Below the pieces are notes generated by a model. The model saw only the letters and a program-made list of their open reading frames with translations, was not told where the DNA came from and ran no database searches. DNA of 63,085 bases, filler included, from an uncultured bacterium (lineage in GTDB: Bacteria > DYJV01): the NCBI GenBank assembly GCA_964543655.1. It is 5 parts of 5 records of this genome, joined end to end, with 100 filler letters (N's around TTAATTAATTAA, not from the genome) between each part and the next. Parts side by side here need not be neighbours in the genome. Positions count along the whole stretch, not along the records: positions 22,582 to 49,141 come from CAZIZE010000043.1; 4 more parts are not named here. One strand, 5' to 3'. Position numbers and translations under genes: made by a program. This document shows, piece by piece, positions 37,119-48,147 of this stretch. The stretch's first letter is position 1. Every line of letters starts with the position of its first letter.

Positions 37119-38373
37119 AATATTTAACAATAATTTCTTTTATTAAGATTCTTAACTCTTCAGAGTTTGAATTAGAAATTTTATTATACATTTCTCTGGC
37201 AATTTTTTCAAATGCTTCAACAACTATTGGGCAAAAATGTTTACCTGTATCATCTTTTATAATTTGCATTGATTTTTCAAAAGAAAATGGTGCTTTGTAA
37301 GGCCTTTTAGAAGTTAATGCATCAAAAACATCAGCTACAGCAAATATTCTTGCATTTATAGGTATTTGCTCACCTTTTAATCCTTTAAGATAACCTGTGC
37401 CATCTACCTTTTCATGATGATAGGCAACTACATCAATTGCATCAATGAGAAAGTCGTTATTTTTTAAAATTTCAATCCCGTGGGCAACATGGGTTTTCAT
37501 TATTTCAAATTCTTTTTCTGTTAATTTACCTGGTTTTAACAAGATATTATCTGGTATTGCTATTTTACCTATATCATGCAAAAAAGCACCTTTAATCAGA
37601 GCTTTCATGTTAATAGATATTTTGAGATTTTCAGCAATTTTAATAGCATAGTAAGTAACTCTGTAATTATGCTCCCCAGTTTCAGAATCCCTTTTTGCTA
37701 TCATTACCCCTATTGTTTGCAAAAAGTTAATGTTTTCATTTAAAAGTTGAAAATTAAAATTTTTAATTGTCCTTGTAAAAGAGCTTAAAATTAAAAATAT
37801 AACAAAGAAAGTTATAAGTAAAACAAAGGAAATTATTTTAATTGATTGAATTAAATTAATTTTTATTCTGTCATTCATATCTTTGGGAACCTGATAGATA
37901 GCTTCAACAAACCCTTTGTTTCCAATTTTTTCAATTAAAATTAAAAAAAGCCTTTTTTTGAAATAGAAAAAATCAACTTTTTTCTTCATTCCATTTTTCA
38001 GAAATTCTTTGTAAAAGTTCCTTGAAATTTTATTAAATTCTTTATTTTTAATTGTGATTGATTTTGCATAAAATAGAGGCTTATGATTTTTATCAAAAAC
38101 TTTAATATATGAGAAATTCTGGGAAGTGAGCTTTAAAAGATTAGATTCTATATCTTTAAAAACAAATTTGTTTTCATTAATTTGATTAATGAAATATTTA
38201 AATGTATCTGATTCTTGATTAATAGTTGTGAGAACGAGTCTTGAGATAGATTTTAATCTGTAATTAAAAATAAAAAAAGATACAATAAGAGAGGTTAAAA
38301 TATAGATTACAATAAATATTATAAATAAACATTTAAAAGGATGATTAATGATTCTCTGTTTTATTATACTCAT
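37111..38373 (-). CDS. Membrane-bound HD-GYP family phosphodiesterase
   Basis: Two TM helices around an extracytoplasmic region; RDSETGEHNYRV, LHDIGK, HHEKVDGTGYL, ADVFDAL..RPYK. Start uncertain (38373 preferred over 38436). Confidence 0.88.
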   Translation of the reverse strand: MSIIKQRIINHPFKCLFIIFIVIYILTSLIVSFFIFNYRLKSISRLVLTTINQESDTFKYFINQINENKFVFKDIESNLLKLTSQNFSYIKVFDKNHKPLFYAKSITIKNKEFNKISRNFYKEFLKNGMKKKVDFFYFKKRLFLILIEKIGNKGFVEAIYQVPKDMNDRIKINLIQSIKIISFVLLITFFVIFLILSSFTRTIKNFNFQLLNENINFLQTIGVMIAKRDSETGEHNYRVTYYAIKIAENLKISINMKALIKGAFLHDIGKIAIPDNILLKPGKLTEKEFEIMKTHVAHGIEILKNNDFLIDAIDVVAYHHEKVDGTGYLKGLKGEQIPINARIFAVADVFDALTSKRPYKAPFSFEKSMQIIKDDTGKHFCPIVVEAFEKIAREMYNKISNSNSEELRILIKEIIVKYFK

Positions 38374-38526
38374 GGCTATTTTATGTATACATAAACTTCT
38401 ATTCGAACTATTAACTAAATGGAAAATTATTTTCAAGAGCTAATTTCTTATTTTTTATTAATTTGATTTTTTGTTAAATTTTTTATATAATGGAATGCTT
38501 AGAAAATAATCTTTAAAGGAGGTTAT

Positions 38527-40362
38527 ATGCCAAAGAGGAAAGTTATTAATATTAATAAGTTTTTAAAGCAAGATAGTGGCAAGTTTCAGTTAATAGATAC
38601 AAAAAAGCCAAATCTATTCAGGGAATATTTCCCGTATACTGAAATTCCACGAATAAAATTTGATAACACAATAGTGTTACCCTCAATGCCAGATGAAATT
38701 TTTATCACAGACACCACTTTTAGAGATGGGCAGCAGGCACGTCCCCCATACAGTGCTGAGCAGATAGCAAATATCTTTGAACTGTTGCATAAGCTTGGTG
38801 GTCCCAATGGTGTTATTAGAAAATCAGAATTTTTTCTTTACTCAGATAAGGATAAAAAAGCTGTTGAGCTGTGCAAAGAAAAAGGTTTTGAATTTCCAAT
38901 TATTACTGGCTGGATAAGGGCTCATAAAGAGGATTTTAAACTTGTAAAACAGATGGAGTTAAAAGAAACAGGGATTTTAACCTCAGTATCAGATTATCAT
39001 ATTTTTTTAAAACTGAATAAAACAAGAAAAGAAGTTTTAAAAGATTACCTTGAAATTATTGAAGCTGCAATTGAAAATGGCATTGTTCCAAGGTGTCACT
39101 TTGAAGACATTACAAGAGCTGACATTTATGGTTTTGTTATTCCTTTTGCACAGAAATTAATGAGAATTCAGGAGCAGACTAAAATTCCTATTCTTATTAG
39201 GTTGTGTGATACTATGGGGTATGGAGTGCCATTTCCAAATGCAGCGCTACCAAGAGGAGTTCCCAAACTTGTAAGGGCTTTTATTGATGAAGCTGGTGTG
39301 CCTTCTGAGAATCTTGAATGGCACGGACACAACGATTTTCATAAAGTATTGATAAATGCAACAACAGCATGGTTATATGGATGTGCTGCTGCTAATGGTA
39401 CTATTTTTGGTTTTGGTGAGAGAACAGGTAATCCTCCAATAGAGGGTTTGGTAATCGATTATATTAGCATAATTGGCAGTAATAATGGAATAGATACCAC
39501 TGCAATTACAGATATTAAAAATTATTTTGAGCAGGAGATTGGTTTCAATATTCCACCAAATTATCCATTTGTTGGCTCTGAGTTTAACATTACAAGAGCT
39601 GGAATCCATGCAGATGGTTTGATTAAAAATGAAGAGATTTACAATGTATTTGATACTGCCAAGATTTTGAATAGACCACCTTCTGTTGCAATTAATGATA
39701 AATCAGGTGCTGCTGGCATAGCACACTGGATAAATTCACACTTTGGGTTAAAAGGTGACAAAACAATTAAAAAGTATCATCCAGGTGTTCAAAAGATTTT
39801 CAGACAGGTTAGCAAAATGTATGATGCAGGCAGGACAACTGCACTTTCCTCAGAAGAGATGGAAAAGCTTGTTAGAAAATATCTACCTGATTACTTTACA
39901 TCAGAATTTGATGTTATTAAAGAAAAAGCAAAAGAAATTGCACAAAATATTATAAAAGAAATTGTTGAAAAAGAGGCATTTAAAAAGCTTGATATACCTA
40001 AAATTGAAGAAGAACTTAAAAATCTTTTATTTGAAAATTCATTTATTCAGTTTGCTTATGTTGTTGACCTTGAAGGGAATCAAATTACAAGAAATATTAC
40101 TCAGCTATATGAAATGGATAAATATTCAATTAACTGGGTGAGAGGTAATCTTGCAGATAGAGATTGGTTTATTAACCCTGTGAAAACAGGTGAAATATAT
40201 GTATCCAACCTGTTTAATTCTAAAATTACAAATGATCTCTGTTTAACTGTAAGTCATCCAATATGGAATGATAAAGATGAAATGATAGCAATTATAGGTC
40301 TTGATATTAAATTTGAAACTTTACTTAAAATTGAAGAAAGTATGGATTTAGAAAGGAGTTAA
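38527..40362 (+). CDS. Re-citrate-synthase-like DRE-TIM enzyme with C-terminal Cache-like domain
   Basis: ITDTTFRDGQQ, SDYHIF, RCHFEDITRAD, CDTMG, HGHNDF, GERTGN, AGIHADG; C-terminal DRDWF..YVS..TVSHPI..IIGLDI. Confidence 0.8.
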   Translation: MPKRKVININKFLKQDSGKFQLIDTKKPNLFREYFPYTEIPRIKFDNTIVLPSMPDEIFITDTTFRDGQQARPPYSAEQIANIFELLHKLGGPNGVIRKSEFFLYSDKDKKAVELCKEKGFEFPIITGWIRAHKEDFKLVKQMELKETGILTSVSDYHIFLKLNKTRKEVLKDYLEIIEAAIENGIVPRCHFEDITRADIYGFVIPFAQKLMRIQEQTKIPILIRLCDTMGYGVPFPNAALPRGVPKLVRAFIDEAGVPSENLEWHGHNDFHKVLINATTAWLYGCAAANGTIFGFGERTGNPPIEGLVIDYISIIGSNNGIDTTAITDIKNYFEQEIGFNIPPNYPFVGSEFNITRAGIHADGLIKNEEIYNVFDTAKILNRPPSVAINDKSGAAGIAHWINSHFGLKGDKTIKKYHPGVQKIFRQVSKMYDAGRTTALSSEEMEKLVRKYLPDYFTSEFDVIKEKAKEIAQNIIKEIVEKEAFKKLDIPKIEEELKNLLFENSFIQFAYVVDLEGNQITRNITQLYEMDKYSINWVRGNLADRDWFINPVKTGEIYVSNLFNSKITNDLCLTVSHPIWNDKDEMIAIIGLDIKFETLLKIEESMDLERS

Positions 40363-40364
40363 AT

Positions 40365-41624
40365 ATGGGTATGACTCTTGTTGAAAAAATAATAAGCTTA
40401 AATGCTGGTAAAGATGTTAAAGCAGGTGAGATTGTTATTACTTTTGTATCAGCATGTCTTACTCAAGATGGTACGGGGCCTCTTGCTGTGGATCAGATTG
40501 AAAAGTTAGGAATTGATAAAATAAAGAACCCTGATAGAACCTATATGTTTATTGATCATGCGTCACCAAGTCCAAGAAAAGAGCTATCAAATGATCATAT
40601 GAAATTAAGGAATTTTGCAAAAAAAATGGGAGCACATCTTTTTGATATTGGTGACGGTGTTTGCCACCAAGTTGTTGCAGAGAAGTTCCTCAATCCAGGT
40701 GAGATTTTAATAGGAGCTGATTCACATACCTGTACTGGTGGTGGTATAGGAGCCTTCAGCACAGGGATGGGCTCCACTGATGTTGCAATTGGCATTGCCT
40801 ATGGCAAAACATGGCTGAGAGTTCCAGAGACAATAAGAATAGAACTTAGTGGAAAATTTAAAAATGGTGTTTTTGCAAAAGACCTTATTTTACACATAAT
40901 TGGTTTAATAGGTGCTGATGGCGCCACATATAAAGCTCTTGAATTTGGTGGAGCAGGAGTAAAAAATCTACCAATGTGTGATAGATTAACTCTTGCAAAT
41001 ATGGCTGTTGAGGCTGGTGCTAAATGTGGGCTTTTTCCATCTGATGAAATTACAGAGAAATATCTTATAGAAAGAGGAAGAGGGGAAAAGTTTAGAAAAA
41101 TAGATGCAGATGAAGATGCTGAATATGAAAGGGTTATTAAAATAGATTTATCTGAAATTGAGCCAATGGTATCCTTTCCACATACAGTTGACAATGTTAG
41201 GAAAATTAGTGATAAAGATTGTGAAAATGTAACAATAGATCAGGTATTTATAGGTACATGCACAAATGGAAGAATTGAAGATTTGCGTATTGCAGCAAAT
41301 ATTTTAAAAGATAGGAAAATTGCAGAGGGGACAAGACTTATTGTTACACCAGCATCAAGAGAGGTTTATGGTAAAGCTATTGAAGAGGGATTGTTAACTA
41401 TTTTCAATAATGCAGGTGCATCTATTAACAATCCAGGTTGTGGTGCATGTGTTGGGGTACATCAGGGAATACTTGGTGATGGTGAAAATTGTTTATCAAC
41501 CCAGAATAGAAACTTTAAAGGAAGAATGGGTAATGTTAATGGGAATATTTACCTTTGTTCTCCTGCTACAGCAGCAGCATCTGCTATAGAAGGTAAAATC
41601 AGTGACCCAAGGAAATATTTTTAA
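40365..41624 (+). CDS. leuC: Isopropylmalate/homoaconitate dehydratase-type large subunit
   Basis: IDH, GADSHTC, GTCTNGR, GCGACVG, STQNRNFKGRMG. Exact substrate uncertain. Confidence 0.85.
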   Translation: MGMTLVEKIISLNAGKDVKAGEIVITFVSACLTQDGTGPLAVDQIEKLGIDKIKNPDRTYMFIDHASPSPRKELSNDHMKLRNFAKKMGAHLFDIGDGVCHQVVAEKFLNPGEILIGADSHTCTGGGIGAFSTGMGSTDVAIGIAYGKTWLRVPETIRIELSGKFKNGVFAKDLILHIIGLIGADGATYKALEFGGAGVKNLPMCDRLTLANMAVEAGAKCGLFPSDEITEKYLIERGRGEKFRKIDADEDAEYERVIKIDLSEIEPMVSFPHTVDNVRKISDKDCENVTIDQVFIGTCTNGRIEDLRIAANILKDRKIAEGTRLIVTPASREVYGKAIEEGLLTIFNNAGASINNPGCGACVGVHQGILGDGENCLSTQNRNFKGRMGNVNGNIYLCSPATAAASAIEGKISDPRKYF

Positions 41625-42055
41625 TGCCTTACCAGATCTGGATAGAAAACAACAGGTTAAATGCAAAGTATAAGATTAGAAATTATCATATAGATTCATA
41701 TGGTCATGTGAATAATGCTGTTTACATTCAATTTCTTGAAGATGCAAGAACAGACTTTTTTGATTACCTTGGGTTTTCACTAAGTTATCTTGCAGAAAAC
41801 AATATTTTTGTTTATATTACTGAAATAAATATCAAATATTTAAAACCCGGGTTTCTTGATGATATAATTGTGGTAACAGCGTCTGTTATTAAACATTCAA
41901 GAGTTAGAGTTACATGGTTGCAGGAGATATTTAGAGGTGATGAGAAATTAGTTACAGCTAATGTTACAGGTGCTTTTATGAATAACAATAAAAAGCCAAT
42001 TAGGGTTCCTGATTTTGTAATTAAAGGGATGAAACCAATTTTAAAAAATGAATAA
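41624..42055 (+). CDS. Hotdog-fold acyl-CoA thioesterase (YbgC/FadM-like)
   Basis: HIDSYGHVNNAVYIQFLEDAR. Confidence 0.88.
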   Translation: MPYQIWIENNRLNAKYKIRNYHIDSYGHVNNAVYIQFLEDARTDFFDYLGFSLSYLAENNIFVYITEINIKYLKPGFLDDIIVVTASVIKHSRVRVTWLQEIFRGDEKLVTANVTGAFMNNNKKPIRVPDFVIKGMKPILKNE

Positions 42056-43283
42056 ATATGGTTATTTAATATTAGGAATTCTCTTTTTTATAGAAATATT
42101 TGAAATTTTTTTAAAGTATCTTAATTTAAAACAGATTAAAAGTTTAAAAAAGAATTGCCCCAATAATATTCTTGAAATTTTCCAGAAAGATAAACTTGAA
42201 AAAGCACTTTCATATCAAGAAGAGAAAGAAGTGCTTGATATAGTGTCAAAACTTTTTATTATCCCCTTTTTTTATGGTATTTTTATATTTAATGTAGTTC
42301 AAAATTATTCTGAGATAATTAATGCACATTTTCAAACTGAATTTGTTAGAGGTATAGTTTTTTTCATTTCTTTTATTATTTTCAACTATATCCTCTCCCT
42401 ACCTTTTAATTTATATGACACATTTGTAATAGAGAAAAAATTTGGTTTTAACAATATGACAATTGGGCTATATGTAAAAGATACCATTATAAGTGGTGTA
42501 ATTTCTCTTGTTTTAATTTCAATTATTCTTTTTGCAATAATTTCATTTATAGAGAAAACAGGAGCTGTATGGTGGCTCCTTGGTGCACTGTTTACAGCGC
42601 TGTTTTCCCTTTTTTTAACCTATATTTATCCCACTTTTATAGCACCACTTTTTAATAAATTCGAACCGCTTGAAGATGATGATTTAAAAGAAGAAATATT
42701 TTCTATTTCAAAAAGAGCTAAATTTCCAATTGATAATATATTTAAAATGGATGCATCAAAACGGTCAAAGCATTCAAATGCGTATTTTACAGGTATTGGC
42801 AAGAAAAAGCGGATAGTTTTATTTGATACACTACTAAACAATCATGGTGTTAAAGAGATAATTGCAATACTTGCACATGAGATAGGTCATTATAAACTTG
42901 GGCATATAAGAAAAATGTTGTTAATCTCAATTATTTTTACATTTTTAGCTTTTTATATTGCTGGATTAATATTGAACCAGCAATTTATTTACAATGCATT
43001 TGGATTTGAAAAATCAATATATATTGGTTTGTTTATTTGTATGCTCCTTTTTTCTCCATTTAATTTTGCAATTCAACCTTTAATTGCAATGTTATCAAGA
43101 AAGCATGAATTTGAAGCAGATAATTTTTCTGTTAAATTAACTGGAGAAAAAGAGACAATTATTAATACATTAATAAAATTATACAAAGATAATCTTGCAA
43201 ATCCGTTACCACATAAATTATATAAATTTTTCTATTATTCACATCCTACTTTATTAGAAAGAATTGAGGAGATAAAAAAATGA
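42048..43283 (+). CDS. M48 (Ste24-type) membrane metallopeptidase
   Basis: FNKFEPL, DASKRSKHSNAYFTG, HEIGH, EFEAD, YSHP. Confidence 0.92.
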   Translation: MNKYGYLILGILFFIEIFEIFLKYLNLKQIKSLKKNCPNNILEIFQKDKLEKALSYQEEKEVLDIVSKLFIIPFFYGIFIFNVVQNYSEIINAHFQTEFVRGIVFFISFIIFNYILSLPFNLYDTFVIEKKFGFNNMTIGLYVKDTIISGVISLVLISIILFAIISFIEKTGAVWWLLGALFTALFSLFLTYIYPTFIAPLFNKFEPLEDDDLKEEIFSISKRAKFPIDNIFKMDASKRSKHSNAYFTGIGKKKRIVLFDTLLNNHGVKEIIAILAHEIGHYKLGHIRKMLLISIIFTFLAFYIAGLILNQQFIYNAFGFEKSIYIGLFICMLLFSPFNFAIQPLIAMLSRKHEFEADNFSVKLTGEKETIINTLIKLYKDNLANPLPHKLYKFFYYSHPTLLERIEEIKK

Positions 43284-44593
43284 AAAAATTTTTTCTTATT
43301 ATCATTGCACTATTAATTGTTGCTGGCGCTGGTTACATATATTTTTCACCAACTTTTGAGAGGATTCCTCCTAAAATTGAAGTTATTACCAATTCATTCT
43401 GGAATTTAAAAAATCCTCTTACAATTAAAATTAGTGACAATACAGGTGTAAAATTTGTAGATATTCAGTTTGGAACATTTAAGTTACATAAGGAAGGTAA
43501 TGGGAAAAAAGAGTTAACAATTGAGCTAAAGATTCCAAGAAGGTACCATATACCTGAAGGTATGCATACATTGAAAGTTAAAGCTGTTGATATTAGCAAA
43601 TGGCAGGTTTTTGCAGGTAATATGAGTAAAAAGAGTATGGAAATTCTTGTTGATAAAAAACCACCTTTTTTAAATGTTCTTTCACACTCTTATGGAATAG
43701 GTAGAGGTGGCGCTGCTCTTGTAATATTAAAGGCAACAGATAAAAATTTTTATAATTGTTCTGTGATGGTGAATAAAAAGCATAAATTTAAAGTTTTTCC
43801 TTATAAAAAAAAGGGTTATTTCATTACTTTGATTAGCTGGCCTGTTAAAGAAGATAATTTTAATGCTGTTGTAATTGCAAAAGATAAAGCAGGGAATAAA
43901 AGTATGCAAGTTTTAAATTTTTATCATAAAAAATATATTTACAAACTTTCTAAAATTACATTAAACCAGAATTTTTTGGATAATAAAGTGAGAGAGATTT
44001 TAAGTGATGCTGATTATCAGATACCAGAAGATTTTGTTAAAAGATTCAAGCTGATGAATGAAAACTTGAGAAATGAGAATGAAACAAAGATTGAAAATGT
44101 ATGCAGAGGATTTCAGGTTAGTTTAATAAAAAATTTTCATATTTTCCCATTTCATCCATTGAGAAATGCAGCAAGAAAGGCATCATTTGGTGACCACAGA
44201 TTTTATTTTTTTAATGGTAGAAAAATCAGTGAATCATGGCATCTTGGGGTGGATCTTGCAAGTGTTAAAAATGCACCAATAAAATTAAGCAATAATGGAA
44301 AAGTTGTATATGAGAAGTTTACCGGTATTTATGGTAATACAATGATTATATATCATGGACTTGGATTATACTCTCTTTATGCTCATTGTTCGGCATTTTT
44401 AGTTCCAAAAGATGCAAAAGTTACTATAGGGACAACTATTGCGAAAACAGGTGCAACTGGTGCTGTTTTTGGTGACCACCTTCATTTTGCTATTTTAATA
44501 CAGGGAGTGGAATCTCAGCCACTTGAGTGGTTTGACCCTCACTGGATCAGGGATAACATAGTAAGAGTTATAAACAGCGCAGCAGTGAAGTGA
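43280..44593 (+). CDS. M23 family peptidoglycan peptidase
   Basis: HLGVD, YGN, YAH, HLHF; N-terminal anchor. Confidence 0.9.
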   Translation: MKKFFLIIIALLIVAGAGYIYFSPTFERIPPKIEVITNSFWNLKNPLTIKISDNTGVKFVDIQFGTFKLHKEGNGKKELTIELKIPRRYHIPEGMHTLKVKAVDISKWQVFAGNMSKKSMEILVDKKPPFLNVLSHSYGIGRGGAALVILKATDKNFYNCSVMVNKKHKFKVFPYKKKGYFITLISWPVKEDNFNAVVIAKDKAGNKSMQVLNFYHKKYIYKLSKITLNQNFLDNKVREILSDADYQIPEDFVKRFKLMNENLRNENETKIENVCRGFQVSLIKNFHIFPFHPLRNAARKASFGDHRFYFFNGRKISESWHLGVDLASVKNAPIKLSNNGKVVYEKFTGIYGNTMIIYHGLGLYSLYAHCSAFLVPKDAKVTIGTTIAKTGATGAVFGDHLHFAILIQGVESQPLEWFDPHWIRDNIVRVINSAAVK

Positions 44594-44607
44594 GCAAATT
44601 TTAAAAA

Positions 44608-45798
44608 TTAAATTATAGATTTTATAGCATCTAAAATATCATCTGATACAGTATCTTTATCCATAAATGGAATATGCCTGATACTGCCATCTTTAAATAT
44701 CATGTTGCATTCATTGAAATCTGATTGAAAAGCTATTTTTTTATTAGAAATATCATTAACTATCATAAGGTCAACATTTTTTTCTTTTAGCTTCTGAAGA
44801 GCATTTTCAAGGAATTTTTCAGATTCAGCAGCAAATCCCACAAGCAGCCTATCACCTTTATATTTGCCAAGTTGTTTTAAAATATCTTCATTTTTGTCCA
44901 ATTTAAGTATTAGATCATCTTTTAATTTTTTAATTTTATTTGTTGAATATTGATGAGGTTTAAAATCAGCAACAGCAGCAGTTTTGATAATAATATCGTA
45001 ATTTACAAAATTGTCCATAACAGCGTCAAACATCTCTTTGGCACTTCTAATTCTAATAAACTTAGCTTTATGTGGTGGTTCTATGCAGGTTGGACCTGAA
45101 ATGAGCATTACTTCTGCTCCCCTTCTTATTGCCATTTTTGCAAGAGAATATCCCATTTTCCCACTTGAATTATTTGAAATAAACCTAACTGGGTCTATAT
45201 CTTCAATTGTGGGACCAGCAGTAATGAGAATTTTTTTGCCTTTAAAATCTTTCTGAGTTAAAATAATATGAATCTCCTCAAGAATATCATCAATGTCTGC
45301 TAATTTCCCTTTCCCTTCAACTTTGCATGCTAATTCACCTTCTACTGGGTCAATAAAGTAGTATCCAAAAGATTTTAGCTTTGCTATATTATCTTGAACT
45401 ACAGGGCTATGGTACATATTTACATTCATTGAAGGAGCAAAAAGAACAGGAACTCTTGTAGCCATAACCATTGTTGATAAAAAATCATCTCCAATGCCGT
45501 TGGCTATTTTTCCAATTATATTTGCAGTAGCTGGTGAAATTACCAGAAGGTCAGCTTTGTCAGCAAGAGCTACATGGCCAATTTCTGATGATTTAAATAG
45601 AGTAAATAGATCACTTGTAACAGGGTTGCCAGAGAGAGTTTGAAATGTAAGAGGACCAACAAACTGTTTTGCATTTTCTGTCATAATAACATTTACATTG
45701 GCTCCCTCTTTTGTTAATTTCCTGAGAAGGAGCACTGATTTGTATGCAGCAATTCCTCCTGTTACTCCAAGTAATATTTCTTTTCCTCTTAATTTCAT
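44608..45798 (-). CDS. coaBC: Bifunctional phosphopantothenoylcysteine decarboxylase/ligase
   Basis: GVTGGIAAYK, PATAN, TAGPT.E.IDPVRFI..SSGKMG, AAVADF, GFAAE. Confidence 0.95.
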   Translation of the reverse strand: MKLRGKEILLGVTGGIAAYKSVLLLRKLTKEGANVNVIMTENAKQFVGPLTFQTLSGNPVTSDLFTLFKSSEIGHVALADKADLLVISPATANIIGKIANGIGDDFLSTMVMATRVPVLFAPSMNVNMYHSPVVQDNIAKLKSFGYYFIDPVEGELACKVEGKGKLADIDDILEEIHIILTQKDFKGKKILITAGPTIEDIDPVRFISNNSSGKMGYSLAKMAIRRGAEVMLISGPTCIEPPHKAKFIRIRSAKEMFDAVMDNFVNYDIIIKTAAVADFKPHQYSTNKIKKLKDDLILKLDKNEDILKQLGKYKGDRLLVGFAAESEKFLENALQKLKEKNVDLMIVNDISNKKIAFQSDFNECNMIFKDGSIRHIPFMDKDTVSDDILDAIKSII

Positions 45799-46628
45799 AT
45801 TAAATCCTTTAATAATTTTTGGAATTCCTCTTTATTTTTAAAATGAATAACAATCTTTCCTTTTTCTTTTTTATTCATTTTTATATCAACTTTTGTATTA
45901 AATTTTTCTGAAAGTTTTTTTACCTCTGCTGGAAATATTGTAACTTCTCTTTTAGTAGATTGCTTTTTACCCTGAGACACAAGCTTTTCAAGCTCCCTTA
46001 CAGTAAGCTTCTTTTCTATAACAAGTTTGGTATATTCAACCTGCTTCTCCTCTGAAAGTGTGACTAAAATTTTTGCATGTCCAGTTGAGATAACACCTTT
46101 AATAAGTTGCTCTTGAACAAAATCTGCAAGCTTCAGCAGTCTAATAGTGTTGGTAATGTATGTCCTATCTTTGCCAACAAGTTTTGAAATTTTTTCATGA
46201 GTATAATTAAAAGCTTCAGATAAGTTTTTATAACTGAGAGCTTCTTCTATGGGATTTAAATTCTCTCTTTGAAGGTTTTCTATTAATGAAATTTCAAAAG
46301 ATGTTATTTCATCAATATTATCTTTGATAATTGCTGGAATTTCTTCAAGTTTAGCTTTTTTAGCAGCTCTATATCTCCTTTCTCCAGCTATGATTTTATA
46401 CTTTCCATTGCTTTTTTCAGAAACTATTATAGGTTGTAATACTCCATGTTTTTTTATAGATTCTGATAATTGAGTAATTTTATCTTCATTAAAATATTTT
46501 CTTGGTTGTGACTGGTGTGGTTCAATATCTTCAAGATTAATGAATGAAATTTCATTTGCAATAATATCTTCATCAATATCTTCAAGAAGTGCTGTTAATC
46601 CTTTGCCAAGTACACTTTTTTTAGACAT
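45795..46628 (-). CDS. parB: Chromosome partition protein ParB
   Basis: [33 protein letters not shown]. Confidence 0.95.
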   Translation of the reverse strand: MSKKSVLGKGLTALLEDIDEDIIANEISFINLEDIEPHQSQPRKYFNEDKITQLSESIKKHGVLQPIIVSEKSNGKYKIIAGERRYRAAKKAKLEEIPAIIKDNIDEITSFEISLIENLQRENLNPIEEALSYKNLSEAFNYTHEKISKLVGKDRTYITNTIRLLKLADFVQEQLIKGVISTGHAKILVTLSEEKQVEYTKLVIEKKLTVRELEKLVSQGKKQSTKREVTIFPAEVKKLSEKFNTKVDIKMNKKEKGKIVIHFKNKEEFQKLLKDLI

Positions 46629-47391
46629 TTTTTTCTCCAATAATTTCTTTTGCAAGTTTTAAATAACATAACGCTCCACTGCTATTAGCATCGTATAAAA
46701 TTGCTGGCATTCCAAAACTTGGAGCTTCGCTAAGTTTAATATTTCTTGGTATAACAGTTTTGAACATTTTATTGGGAAAGACCTTTCTAACCTCTTCAAA
46801 CACCTGCTTGGATAACCTTGTCCTTCTGTCATACATGGTAAGGAGTATTCCCTCTATTGAAAGGGCTTTATTAAGCCTCTTTTTGACAAGTTTGTAAGTT
46901 TTAAGTAAATTACTCAACCCTTCAAGTGCATAATACTCACACTGAAGTGGAATCAGTAGTGAATCAGCTGAAACAAGGCCATTTATTGTGAGCAACCCTA
47001 ATGATGGACTGCAATCAACAAGTATATAGTTATATTGATTTTTTACCTGTTTTAAAATAGCTTTTAAAAAATATTCCCTTTTAGGTATATTGTTAAGCTC
47101 TATTTCAGCACCTGCGAGATTTTCATTTGACGGAATGATAAATAAATTTTTCAGTTTACTTGGGTAAATGGCTGACTCTACAATACCACCATTAGCTAAA
47201 ATATTGTAAATAGTTTTTACATCTTTGGAGTATCTATCTATACCTAAACCTGCTGTAGCATTTCCCTGAGGGTCAAAATCTACAACAAGAACTTTTTCAC
47301 CAAAATATGCAAGAGATGCAGCAAGGTTAATGGCTGTAGTTGTTTTTCCAACACCACCTTTTTGATTTGCTATGCATATAATTTTACCCAT
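46621..47391 (-). CDS. parA: Chromosome partition ATPase ParA/Soj
   Basis: [39 protein letters not shown]; start trimmed to ATG 47391. Confidence 0.95.
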   Translation of the reverse strand: MGKIICIANQKGGVGKTTTAINLAASLAYFGEKVLVVDFDPQGNATAGLGIDRYSKDVKTIYNILANGGIVESAIYPSKLKNLFIIPSNENLAGAEIELNNIPKREYFLKAILKQVKNQYNYILVDCSPSLGLLTINGLVSADSLLIPLQCEYYALEGLSNLLKTYKLVKKRLNKALSIEGILLTMYDRRTRLSKQVFEEVRKVFPNKMFKTVIPRNIKLSEAPSFGMPAILYDANSSGALCYLKLAKEIIGEKNV

Positions 47392-47398
47392 TAACAAT

Positions 47399-47427
47399 TT
47401 TATATCATAAGAATTGTATGATTTCAA
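47399..47427 (-). promoter_or_regulatory. sigma70-type promoter for parA, probably leaderless
   Basis: Minus strand TTGAAA-N17-TATAAA with extended -10 TG, 7 nt before ATG; no SD. Confidence 0.6.
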
Positions 47428-48146
47428 TTAATTTTAATATGCATTAAATCTTTGGCTAAAATAAAATTTTCAGGTAATTTTACTTTTGGCAAAGAATCAG
47501 GATAAAAATGAGTTAAAATAATTTTTTTAATATTTAAATTTTTAGTAATTTCCATTATTTCTGTGTAACTTAGATGGCCTTTTATTTTGTTTTCTGAAGG
47601 AGAAGCACATTCAATAATCACTATTTCAGAATTATTGATTTTATTTCCAAGCTCTAAGAAAAAGTCTGTATCAGATGTATATGTGATTTTTTTGTTGTTT
47701 ATCAATATATTTATTCCAACTGATTCTTCACTATGCTCAGTTTTAAATAAAGAGTATGAGAATTTGTCAAAAGTTTTCTCTTTATCTTCAAAGAATAGAA
47801 TTTCAAACCCTGGCTCAATCCAATGACCAAGAATCTTTTTAAATTTTTCAAAATATTCCCTTAATCCTTTAAAACCAAATATTTTAAGAGGAGTTTCCCT
47901 GTTAAACACCGGGTTTCTAAGGGCAAATAGTATATGAATAAGCCCAATGAAATGGTCTGGATGTTTGTGAGATAAAAATATATACTCTAAGTTATTTAAA
48001 GAAAATTTTATTTTTTCAAGTCGTTCAACAACCCAGAAACCAGCATCAAGAAGAATAGAAGAATCACCAAATTTTAAAATATAACTTGAAGAAGCTCTGT
48101 TGTCATAAGGTATAGCTGAACCTGAACCAAGAATTGTTAACTCCAT
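47424..48146 (-). CDS. MBL-fold metallohydrolase (RNase Z-like)
   Basis: [26 protein letters not shown]. Confidence 0.85.
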   Translation of the reverse strand: MELTILGSGSAIPYDNRASSSYILKFGDSSILLDAGFWVVERLEKIKFSLNNLEYIFLSHKHPDHFIGLIHILFALRNPVFNRETPLKIFGFKGLREYFEKFKKILGHWIEPGFEILFFEDKEKTFDKFSYSLFKTEHSEESVGINILINNKKITYTSDTDFFLELGNKINNSEIVIIECASPSENKIKGHLSYTEIMEITKNLNIKKIILTHFYPDSLPKVKLPENFILAKDLMHIKIN

Positions 48147-48147
48147 T

